64,000 bases of DNA. Origin: Diadema antillarum. Lineage: Eukaryota. Positions 25,301-34,827 of this stretch are shown here, piece by piece; within the stretch, counting starts at the first letter, position 1; every line of letters begins with the position of its first letter. A program made the translations under genes and the position numbers. The notes beneath the pieces are model-generated. The model did not search any database and was not told the origin of the DNA. It saw only the letters and a program-made list of their open reading frames with translations. The DNA lies in contig NW_027270999.1 in NCBI RefSeq assembly GCF_040938485.1, forward strand, positions 496,001-560,000, given 5' to 3'.

Positions 25301-28300
25301 TCGGTGGAGAAAGAGTAGATATGTGGAGAGATAACATAGAGAATATGAAGATGGGCCAGGAGTAGAGAAAAGTCTAACACAAATATCAGAGGTGGCTTGT
25401 CGGTTGGGCAGATAGATGGAAAAGGAATTGGAAGTGCATCTAGAAACAGCTACATAATAATGTATTGTTACCAACAAGACGTCACAACGAGTTCTTTGGT
25501 GAATCCTAAAATGAAAAAAAAAAGAGATAGAAAATCTGTCCATTTCACGTGGTCGTAATAGATAAATAAAAGGGAAGGGAGAGTTATGAGGAAAAGTACA
25601 AAATCATTCAGTGGTCACAAGATGGGATGTTCTTCACTGTGAGGCAACCTTGTCTGACTACCAAAGCTTTTGTTATGGAAACATCAGTTTCATATCGTTT
25701 CTACGTGAATTTGGTCGTTGAGAGAGAAAATTATCATGTACACTAATGTGCCCACGGCACATATTGTAGAGCAGGCCTGCCATCATTATTCATCCAAGAA
25801 TATCTGATAGATTCCATATAGAGCAATCAGGTACGGTACGCTATTTAAATGCATCTCGGTGGGCAAAAACAGTTCCCAAATCAGGGAAAAGGTTTATATA
25901 GACTTGAAGAGATTATTGGAGTTGTCAGGAAGCCTTCTGTAGAATCAGAGAGACTTAGCAGCTGTGACATAGTGTGGAACTACATTCCATGACATGCTCT
26001 ATGTCAACAGAACAGTCACGGGTGTGCGTATAGCTGGGTAACCCCGTGCAACACTCTGGAGATATGCGATGACACCAGCTTGCCCATTTCTCACTTGTAA
26101 ACTAACAACTGAGGTAGCATGTACTTGCAGGTCCGCCATGGGCATTTGGGAAAGCTTCGCAGAACGATTGAAGTAAAATGCAAGGACAGTGGACGCTTTC
26201 CTCTGGTCCGGAAGTAAAGACACAAACGTTCTGATTACGGTCGTATGCATACCCAGAAGACCACTGACGTTGCCGGTTTGTAGTAGCAACAAGCACCCCG
26301 AATCTCAGAAAATGCGCAGACTGTAAAGACGAGCGGAGGGTAGCAATCATATCGTCACAATTAACTCATTTGACACGACCGCTCTCCGTCTTTTATTTTC
26401 CTATATCTTTTCATGTGTCTTTTTTGTTTTCGTTTTACTTTATGTTTTGTTTTGCCTTGTCTTATTTCATTTTGTTGTTTCTTTGTTTATTTTGTTCTTT
26501 AGTTTTATTTTATTTTGTTTTGTTTTTGTTTTTGTTTTTTAGTGTGAAAGGGCTTGGCCGTTTGAGCATCATGCACTGGTCGGAATGTATCCTTGCAATG
26601 ATGAAAGACACGAAGACGCAGTATAGAGGGTGGAGTGTCTCCCCGGACGAGGGAATAAGGGGAAGAAGGTCAGAGGTTTTCGACACAGCTCTCTACCAAA
26701 TATCCTTTCATAGTTCACAAAGCCCTTACCAGGCAGAGAAACATTGTCTTCGTTTAACCTCCAGCAAGGGAAATCCAACGGTTGACTCCAAAAGTATCAT
26801 TAAACATCCGATCACCCCAATGGAGGTGAAAATCTTGACTTAAACAATCTTTTAAAAAGTCTTTAATACTTCATGGCAAATGCCTTATTCGCAACTTGTC
26901 CTATATACTCGTCAGCTGACTTCAATTATCACACTGACTTTCAATACTGGTGAATTTATAGACTCAAAAGTGGTATTCAGTACAATTCCCAGGAGAGAGG
27001 TAATGTTGCATTACCTTTGCATAAAACGTAAATGGAAACGTATTTCTTTTATTGACATTCCTTGTTATTTTCGTGTTCTTTTTCACTGCAGACATTTGAC
27101 AAACTAATACTCATCCAAGTGAAGGTGGAAGGCAAAATGACAAATTAGGCAACAGAAAGGTAAGGTTGGAGTAAGCTCATCCATGTCACAGCAGCACATA
27201 TTTTGCATTATTTGTGCTAACTGAAATGATGATGATAATACTCATTCTTGCATACATTGCTGGTGTTGTTCCTAGAATTTCTTCCAACGTAAATATTAAA
27301 GGAAGAAATAGCATCCCAAGATGCTATGTCAGTAAAGATGACGCATCTGAAACTAAAGTTTAGTCTGTGTATCCACAAATCAAAAGGAGCCTTCGAGGAA
27401 ATAATCATGGTAATGTTATTGCCTGGGTTGCGCCACAAAAAAAAGAAAAAAAAAAGAAGTACGAGCAAGGCACATTCGCAGAGCTCTTTGTCATCTATGG
27501 AGACACACAGCAAGAAATATTACCATGAAATGACGACTTCGTAAGCAACCCTCACAAAGTGATTGATTTGAATGCCGAGCTCTGTATTTATGCGCAGATA
27601 ATACTTAGTTTATAGACATAACATTATCTAAAGCGTTTATAATTTTTATCTCTTTTCCACATTACTTTCATTGCACTTTACTAACATCTCATCTCTTCGA
27701 ATGTACAAATATAACATACAAAATTCAAGAAAACAAATACACACGTAGAGCAGACGTGCATGAATTCCTAAGTTGGTTACTGAAAAAGATGGTGCTATGA
27801 TGATAGATAGCTTGAGCTTCGTCTGTACGAGTAACCACGAGAAATACCGATTTGATCCAGGAAGTTCTTGGAGTTCCTATGAAATTGTGCCGATGAACTG
27901 GAGCCAAGCCCGGGACCAATCTGCTGTTTAGCACGTTTAACGATCCCCTTACTGATGGTGAAATCCTCGGAATATCAAACACACGGTGACTTCAGGGTAT
28001 AGAATGTCAGTTTGGCATTGAAATCTCGTGGCAGGAACCCATTGTTATTTTCTATACACGAAAACAAGATCGCTGCGTAGATGAAAAATGGGTATTTGCA
28101 TCTAATAACATCATTTTACAGAGATTGGTTAATGAAGAGCAGCATTTGGGGAGCAAAATTTGTGGAGAGTATAGAAACCATGACGCAGGTGGTACATCCT
28201 CTCTATTTCCGGTTCTTCTATATATCAATGTCACCTGTGCAGACAATAAGGATGAATATTTTGTTGTTTCTTTTTTGTTTCAATATTAAGTTGTTGTTGC

Positions 28301-31300
28301 TGTTGTTGCTGTTTGTCTCTTGCAACGTGAACGGTAATCTTTTTCACTAAATGGCTCAATTGAGGGTTAGCTTATTCGAGGGCATATTTGTTTATGTGTT
28401 GATAAACCTTCCACTTAAATGCAACGTTTTCATTCACACTTTGTGTCCACAAGGCAAAGTTTAATTACCGGCGAATTCTTCACTTTTCTTACAAAACTAA
28501 CGTATGTATTTTTGCATGAATACAACTAAATCATGGACCTGTGTAAGCCTACTTCTGCCTTTATGTATGAACACATACATGTGCGAAAGTATTTGTATAA
28601 CATTCTTTTTTTTATAATCAATAAGTACACTTTCTACCTACGTGATGTTTATAAATCAGACAGAAAGTTCCGCAGGAAAAGGGATATTTACGTATGGTAT
28701 TTCAAAAGATGATTCAAAGGCAAGAAATTAGTGATCAGTAGCTATAGCGCCTTGTGTAGCAATTCCATTCACGTCAATGAGCGCTGAACAGTGCTTTCTC
28801 GGCGCTTGTGGCGGACCAGACGGGAAATTTGCTGAGTGATGTCTTGCGGGTTTGCTGATTTCTGGCGAACACTACTGTGTATTANNNNNNNNNNNNNNNN
28901 NNNNNNNNNNNNNNNNNNNNNNNNNNNNNNNNNNNNNNNNNNNNNNNNNNNNNNNNNNNNNNNNNNNNNNNNNNNNNNNNNNNNNNNNNNNNNNNNNNNN
29001 NNNNNNNNNNNNNNNNNNNNNNNNNNNNNNNNNNNNNNNNNNNNNNNNNNNNNNNNNNNNNNNNNNNNNNNNNNNNNNNNNNNNNNNNNNNNNNNNNNNA
29101 ATACAGGGTACTTGTAATACCCCTTACCATTCTGTCTGAGTGCTCAAAATTAACGAGAAATTCCTTACACACATAAACAGGAAAGAGAACATTTATAAAG
29201 AACTTATAGTTGGGATTTTTTCTTAAATTATATAACCATGTTGGGCAAAGATCCTGTAATGATAGGAACACTGTGGTAGAGTGGATGATTATCCGGTCTC
29301 GTAAACAGGAAATCCTGGGTTCGACTCCTAGCCAGCGCGCTTTTATCTATGGACAGGAAGTTTTGTCTCTTGTGCCACAGACTATAACAGAATACCTAGC
29401 AACGCTATAGGATAACGGCATGGTCCTGTATGAAAGAACAGTACGCACACTGAAGAGTCTACTCCGGGCAAATTCAAAGCCGTTTCATTAGTAATCAATC
29501 GGCTAATCTGCCAATCTGGTAGACCTAATCAATCTGCTAATAACAATTAATATCATGAGTATTGGATGACTGGTATCGTTATCATCATCATGACAACGAT
29601 TCGTAGTGCTAGGAGTACAGTCAGACTACACAGTAGCATGCTAGCTCTGAGAGCGGGGTGAAAGAGAAAGGGGCGGGGTCAAAGTATCCGTAAAACACTG
29701 TGATTGACAAAGCAGATTCGTTGTTGAGCGTAAACCCACCTGTGAAGTTCCCATCTATCTCGTAAGGTATGACTGCATCTGTCCACTTTCGCTCCGCCCT
29801 TGCCGTCACTGCCCTTGTGTGTCGACGGTGAATTTCATCTATCGATCGCCTTTTTACTGGAAAGTAATCATTCGGAATATTGAAAAAAAAAAGAAAGAGA
29901 AATTATCAATCCGTCACATCTCAATGAACAGTCGGGATACACATGCAGTCAACTATAAAGCGTATATGACATGATATTAAGTTGTCAATAAAGGTGTCAA
30001 TACGTGTCAATACTATAGACCTCTAGTTTATCACTTAATGTCAAACGCTATCGGTAGGAAGTTGTTGGAAGTGATGAGAAATGGGAGAATATCTTAAAGT
30101 GCAATTCCACTCATCAATACTCCAATTATTCATTTAGAAGGATACAAGCTAATCTCACTTATTTCTGCAAGTTTCGTGCAGGTCAAAGGAAGACTTTTGA
30201 GGCCAATGATAATCATCATCTTCTTTGCAAAAATCGCTGCGACTAATATCCTCGTTGCTTGAAAACATCTCAGACTTTGAACTGCCAACAGCTTTTTTTT
30301 TTTTTTAATCGAATGTGCCGATGAAACTTTGACCATTTCGTTTGTTTTATTTCACTCTTTTATCAAACTAAAATATACAGTAGTACAAGGCAGTAAGAAA
30401 CGTGCGTGTATTTCAGCTGACACATTGGCCCTTTCACCCACCGTATGGAGAAATGTCGTTCTGTAGTTCTATTGACGCTTGGAAGAACATTATAGAATAA
30501 CCTTCTTGCGTTGGGGCTCTCGAAAACCGTATCTTACGGTGAAATGTAATTAGATGTGTAGTTGTTTTCAACAGTATTTATAATTGAAATAATCAATGTC
30601 TGGAAGACCTCTAAGTGACTAACATCATGTGATTATTCCTCTAAATATTGTCTAGTGATGTGCTGCTGTCATGGAACCGAGTAAATTTCTTGCAAGATTC
30701 TCCTCTAGGCAAATACTCCTTAAATAATATAAAATAAATGGAGTCATCCCACGAGCCCGACACCGACGAGTCATACGGCCCACGATCTCGCCACTAAAAA
30801 AAAAAAGGTCCATAAGTCATACAACCCATGAGCTCAACACTGCAGGCAAAAAGGCCCATGAGTCCGACAGTACGCAAACAAGGCACACGAGTCTCACACT
30901 AGGCATAAAAAGACACGTGAGTCCGACACTAGGCAGACAAGGCCCACGAGTACGACCCTAGGCACAAAAAAAAGGCCCGAGAGACCGACATTGCATACAT
31001 TATGTACATTAAGCCCGTGATGCAGTGTGTCGGACTCGTGGGCCTTGTTTACCTACAGTCGGATTTATATCCTTTTTTTGCCAGTGTGGTATACTCTTTG
31101 GCCTTGTTTGCCTATCATATCATAGTATCGGACTCATGGGCCTTGTTTGCCTATAGTGTCGAGCTCTTGGGCTGTGTGACTTCGTGGGCTGTGTACCTCG
31201 TGGGCAGTGTGACTCGTGGTATGTATAACTCGTGGGCTGCATGACAAGTGGATATCGGACCCGTGACCTGCACCCATATAAATAAGCGAGTCACACTCAT

Positions 31301-34300
31301 TCTCAGTAATTCTGACTCAAGTCAGGAAAGAGTCATACGAAGCTTTTGCTTCAGTTATTATAATGTGACTATGAACGCCTTATAACAAATGACAAGAGTC
31401 TGTCACCATCACAATGTCAGGAAGCAGTGTGACAAATTCTCGTCCTTGTTATTAGTTTGCTTTCATGGAAAAAAGGACGCTGTTGTAACTGTTAAGTCGA
31501 CACCTGTCTCTCTAACAAGGCACGTAATTACCATGCCAGAACATCAACAGCAATGTGACAAAAACAAAACAAAACAACACAAAACAAAATAAAATAAGAT
31601 AAAACAAAACGAAACGAAACGAAACAAAAAAAATATTTTAACTTCTTACTGCCTCCAACACTTTCCCAGCCATTTCAGGGTGGTATACAATCTCTTGTTT
31701 ACTATAACAATTCAGAATGTCTAAGGTCTTCTTGTTCAGCTTTTCTATTCCAAACAAGACTGATATACTAAAATTATATAACATGTACATTAGATAATCG
31801 AAGAAAAAAATTTACAGCTTGGAAAAAAAAAACTCATTGAAAAGATGTAAATTCTGCACTATATAGAAAAGAAATGCATGTCTAAGCAAACATAAGAATT
31901 ATGCAGTCATGCAGTAGGAAATCATTTCACATATTGAAACTATCATCCATAATTCATCAAGTTTGTGGGCAGAATCAGAGCAATTTGCCATTTATTTTTG
32001 TTCTCCACTGGCATCTTCTCTCTCCTGAAATTTTCGGGGAAGCGGCAAAAAGCAGCTGAGGGCTCTGCGTTGGTCTGAGTCGCCATGAAGGAAGTGACAC
32101 ATATGTTTAATTCGGCAATTCTCTGTGCGGCTCACCAGACACATGAAGAAATGGAGTGGTTGCTGAAATCACTTAGCTGTTCACCTGTCAAAACCGCCAT
32201 TATCACCTCATTTTTGTTTTGAAGGGGCCCGCGTGAAAGGGACTCTTGAGTGTATTAACATTGTAGTGAGGACTCTACGAAAAGGCAGTAGTGGTACACA
32301 ATGTTCCAAATACGAGTTACACGTCTGTTAGTTGCCTTATTATTTTAAAGGCTTTGAACCCTTTTCTCAGGGCATTCCCTAATGACCTAACTACTAATAT
32401 TATGACGCTGTGACGATTGCAACCTTTGGCATGGAATGTTTTCCATCTCTCCTTTCATTTCAATGTCACGTTTAAAAATCTTGAAGTCAACTCATTCTCA
32501 TGTCGCATCTCACATAGCTGAAGTTGTAGAAACGAGAGATTTTACCTATATCTCACACCATCACACAGCCACATCAACTATACGATAGCGGAAAAGATCA
32601 AGAGAAATCATCTTTCCTCCAGAGGTTGCATCTGGTTCCGATGTTTGGCAGAACGGGACATATCCAGAGTTCTGAAAACACCAGAAGGTTGTGCTTGACG
32701 AAAAAAGCCATCCCTACAACCCATATGGTGTAACAGACATTAGTTGACCAAAGTGTTCTGACACAAGTAGTTTTACATGCGCGAAGCGCATTAATTGTAC
32801 CTGATTTCAATTAAGAAGGCATAAAGTCGAGGCGCTTTGTGCCGCTCTAACGATGAGTTCTGCATTTGTCATTCAACGAAATAATTCCTTACTTATGCCG
32901 GTTGAATAGGTCTAATGATATGGCAGTAGATTTTCTCTTGCAAACGTCTAAATAATTTTCGAGAAACTGTCCTGCATTGTAAGACATCGTGAAACAATCA
33001 CTTGGAGAGATGGGTATTCCTCGATTTTAAAGGAGTAGGCCCTATTTATCAATTTCGAAAGAGTAATTTATAGCGTATGCGCATAGCGGAAAAAAAAATG
33101 AGATAAAAATTGTGAATGGGGTACACTGTATATAAGAAAGTCGTGGTTATCCAAAACAAACAAACAAGAAAAAAAAACAAACAGCTGTCCGTAGGTCATT
33201 TAACATGTCATGGTCATTCAATGCGTATTCCTAAGCTGTTGTCCTGGTCACGTATTGCTGAAGACATGGCACGATATTGCTTATTAAACGTTTGTGGCTG
33301 ATTTATAATTCACTTCTTTATCTTCTTCTACAAGTATGTTTGTTTGAAGACTCTGCCGTTGTTATACCAGGGAGGTGCTAGAGAAGGAGAGACAACTACT
33401 GCTCTCCTTTGAAGTCACCGCCGAGAAGTTATGCGTTCAACTATACAGGTGTTACCCATGTGCTTTGACAAAAGAGAGCATCAATAATCGGGACTAGCGC
33501 TCTCACATCTAGAAATACTTGCCCCTACTGCAATTCGCTCTCTCTTTCAATGTGATGGCAACAATGAATTTGTGTGCCTTGAATCGGAGCAGCGAATCAA
33601 AATGCAGTGCAAAACGGACAATTTTAACAGCAAATAGTTTAAAAGCACGCTGGAACACGCTTTAGCGGAGTACTTTATTTGAAATATCAAAATATACCAG
33701 ATTAAAAGATAGAAAACTAACATGCGGAAATGTGCGCATTATAGAAAAATATTAGGTTTTTAAGAGGGCCTAATTTTCATTTCATTTCGATTTGCGCTTT
33801 ACGAAGAAACTAGAAATACATGTTAATAATATTGAATTCTTTCCTAAACTATTCTAAATCAATTCGAGTATTTCCTTTAAAATTTTACGGTGAAATAAAG
33901 CTTGTAATTCAACGAAAGGTGAAATGCGCTCTTCGTCTTCGAACTTCGTCTTGCAACTAGAGCGGTGCCGAGCATGTAAAAAGCGTAGTGGAATGCTAGA
34001 CATCCCATTGTAACGCCTTGAACCCAAGCATGTGTTTGCATGAATTATAAAGAGTTGCCACTCCATCTCTGTAACACCTCCCTGGTTATACCAACGAAAT
34101 TTTGTTCTCGGCCTACGTATAGGGGTAAGAGTACACACAGTTGTTAATATAATGTTATATCAATCTGATAATTTTGTGTCAAATATGATGATTTTTGTGC
34201 AAACGACGTCTCAATAAGTAACATGGACCTCCCAAGACACTGGCAACCATATACGAGGTTGAATAGGGACCTACTGACGTTCTGACGGTCGTATTATGCG

Positions 34301-34827
34301 ACCTCGGCGTTCATTTTCTGCTCGTAAGCATTACTGTCCAAGATAGCTAACAGAAGTGGGGTCTGTTTCATGAAGTCATCACATAAGAGCCTTTACGTTT
34401 ACAAATCTCAGAATGGCCAAAGACGCTCACATGTAGCTATGAGAGACTCTCGAATCCATTTCACGAAGTCTCTCATATTAGATTGTCTAATGAGCGTAAA
34501 GTCTCTCATAAGACTTTCATGAAACAAACAACTGGCCTGGCGGCTTACTCACTATATAATCGTTGCAGTATCATAAGATCGGTGAACGCACCCCTTGTGT
34601 TTCCAGCTATCACATTTTGATCCTGTGAACATACTCCACTTACGTGTCCTTGAGGTGACAGGAATGACAGACGAAAGAAGTATATGGCTCACCATGATGA
34701 TTTGCTTCTCTATTTCTGTGCCGCTCCTGTAATATCCTCCTCTGTAAGTGTGCCCTCGATGTTCTAGCGTACATCATCTCTCGGGCGTAGTCCTCGTCCG
34801 TGAGTGCCGCATCACCGAGGAAACCAG
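8961..34827 (-). CDS. BMP1: BMP1/tolloid-like astacin (M12A) metalloprotease, spliced CDS from 18 identified exons, 5'-partial
   Basis: All exons have GT/AG boundaries and compatible phases. Prodomain FLGD motif, furin site RHTR|[21 protein letters not shown] zinc motif, SIMHY Met-turn, then CUB1-CUB2-EGF1-CUB3-EGF2-CUB4-CUB5, stop at 8961-8963. Exact orthology (BMP1 vs tolloid-like paralog) needs a phylogeny. Confidence 0.95.
9394..10493 (+). mobile_element. Helentron-associated non-autonomous element (HINE/DINE-1-like)
   Basis: 5' tttttAGCTCACCTGAG; (CGTC/CGTG)n microsatellite ~9450-9527; internal tandem units starting 9537, 9859, 10186, 10365; 3' subTIR CTCAGGTGAGC (10461-10471); hairpin AGACCCGCGGGTCT (10475-10488) followed by a T-rich end. 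Confidence 0.85.
11557..11721 (-). CDS. BMP1: BMP1/tolloid exon (CUB5 middle)
   Basis: ctacag|GAA...CGG|gtaag; [55 protein letters not shown]. Not in the ORF track. Confidence 0.93.
12352..12386. repeat. (TA)n microsatellite
   Basis: Direct reading. Confidence 0.95.
12577..12662 (-). CDS. BMP1: BMP1/tolloid exon (CUB5 start)
   Basis: gatacag|AG...CAG|gtaag; [28 protein letters not shown]. Confidence 0.92.
12881..12904 (-). CDS. Candidate 24-nt symmetric (phase 1-1) microexon of BMP1/tolloid
   Basis: gttgtcttctttacag|GTATATTCAAGACCCTTGGCTATG|gtaact; frame-preserving, no stop (RIFKTLGY). No transcript evidence. Confidence 0.35.
13106..13319 (-). CDS. BMP1: BMP1/tolloid exon (CUB4 second half)
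   Basis: ccttgcag|ACC...C|gtgagt; [23 protein letters not shown]...[10 protein letters not shown]. Confidence 0.95.
13589..13716 (-). CDS. BMP1: BMP1/tolloid exon (CUB4 first half)
   Basis: cactag|CT...CTG|gtaag; [42 protein letters not shown]. Confidence 0.95.
14339..14464 (-). CDS. BMP1: BMP1/tolloid exon (calcium-binding EGF2)
   Basis: tcttcag|AC...T|gtaagt; [42 protein letters not shown]. Confidence 0.95.
14905..15085 (-). CDS. BMP1: BMP1/tolloid exon (CUB3 second half)
   Basis: caaacag|GTG...G|gtaac; [12 protein letters not shown]...DGFFANFFA. Confidence 0.95.
15570..15730 (-). CDS. BMP1: BMP1/tolloid exon (CUB3 first half)
   Basis: ttcataag|TG...GAG|gtac; [31 protein letters not shown]...EGNE. 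Confidence 0.93.
16265..16337. repeat. (CT)n(TCTA)n microsatellite
   Basis: Direct reading. Confidence 0.95.
16457..16582 (-). CDS. BMP1: BMP1/tolloid exon (calcium-binding EGF1)
   Basis: tccaacag|AG...G|gttggt; [42 protein letters not shown]. Confidence 0.95.
17092..17287 (-). CDS. BMP1: BMP1/tolloid exon (CUB2 second half)
   Basis: tcctag|ATC...G|gtattg; [30 protein letters not shown]...GGFSADFFK. Not in the ORF track. Confidence 0.95.
18303..18439. other. Assembly gap (137 N)
   Basis: N run next to a poly-C tract. Confidence 1.
18662..18807 (-). CDS. BMP1: BMP1/tolloid exon (CUB2 first half)
   Basis: ctctacag|CC...GAG|gtgatg; [31 protein letters not shown]...FQSFE. Confidence 0.94.
19521..19637 (-). 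CDS. BMP1: BMP1/tolloid exon (CUB1 second half)
   Basis: tgtccag|GT...G|gtaag; [39 protein letters not shown]. Confidence 0.95.
20002..20220 (-). CDS. BMP1: BMP1/tolloid exon (CUB1 first half)
   Basis: tgtgtag|AG...G|gtaatc; [38 protein letters not shown]...[17 protein letters not shown]. Not in the ORF track. Confidence 0.95.
21357..21590 (-). CDS. BMP1: BMP1/tolloid exon (astacin C-terminal half with Met-turn)
   Basis: aacccag|GT...A|gtgagt; GQEYNF...[17 protein letters not shown]...ANKLYRCP. Confidence 0.97.
21761..22453. mobile_element. Putative PIF/Harbinger-like MITE with a duplicated 5' terminus
   Basis: TTA|AAGCCCGGTCACAC start; GTGTGACTGGGGC end (22441-22453); the first 60 bp recur at 21829-21888. 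Superfamily inferred from TIR style only. Confidence 0.55.
22676..23105. repeat. Interspersed G/C-tract MITE-like repeat (degenerate)
   Basis: Starts caggcccgta, has internal poly-G and ends in poly-C then cgta; family not identified. Confidence 0.35.
23824..24002 (-). CDS. BMP1: BMP1/tolloid exon (astacin active site)
   Basis: gctgcag|C...G|gtatga; [50 protein letters not shown]. Confidence 0.98.
24376..24740. mobile_element. Near-perfect palindromic MITE with TTAA ends (Kolobok-like)
   Basis: TTAA|AGGGGAAGGC...GCCTTCCCCT|TTAA; arms of ~170 bp with 4 mismatches by my reading; mirror-image ORFs 24433+ and 24477-. Confidence 0.9.
25159..25288 (-). CDS. BMP1: BMP1/tolloid exon (astacin N-terminal part)
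   Basis: cacgcag|GT...GG|gtgagt; [43 protein letters not shown]. Confidence 0.96.
28885..29099. other. Assembly gap (215 N)
   Basis: N run. Confidence 1.
29268..29339 (+). pseudogene. Degenerate tRNA-Thr(CGT)-like sequence (tRNA pseudogene or SINE head)
   Basis: 72 nt; anticodon arm CCGGT-CTCGTAA-ACAGG; T arm CTGGG-TTCGACT-CCTAG; 3' acceptor CCAGCGC vs mismatched 5' ACACTGT; TTTT immediately downstream. Confidence 0.65.
29740..29856 (-). CDS. BMP1: BMP1/tolloid exon (prodomain end, furin site, start of mature enzyme)
   Basis: ctttccag|TA...G|gtgggt; [15 protein letters not shown]|[24 protein letters not shown]. Confidence 0.95.
30745..31239. mobile_element. Foldback-like element: inverted arms built of ~30-bp tandem subrepeats
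   Basis: Left arm has repeated GGCCCACGAGTCCGACACTAGGCA-like units (30745-~30995); right arm carries their reverse complement (~31015-31239). The termini catcccacgag / ctcgtgggctg are inverted. Confidence 0.7.
34693..34827 (-). CDS. BMP1: BMP1/tolloid exon (prodomain, FLGD Asp-switch motif)
   Basis: ccttgccag|CT...G|gtgagc; [45 protein letters not shown]. Confidence 0.9.

Noticed and set aside
27011-27021. TGCAAAG|gtaa (CK + donor) as the end of BMP1 exon 1
   Set aside because: It lies downstream of the prodomain exons, so the order is wrong.
27860-27930. [15 protein letters not shown] resembling a C-type lectin start
   Set aside because: The key Cys is missing, a stop follows immediately, and no further CTLD motifs are present.
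28836-29271. ORFs spanning X runs (also 18232-18565)
   Set aside because: Artefacts of assembly gaps.
33371-33448. 78-nt plus-strand AG/GT-bounded segment ([25 protein letters not shown])
   Set aside because: No recognisable homology or partner exons; expected by chance in a large intron.
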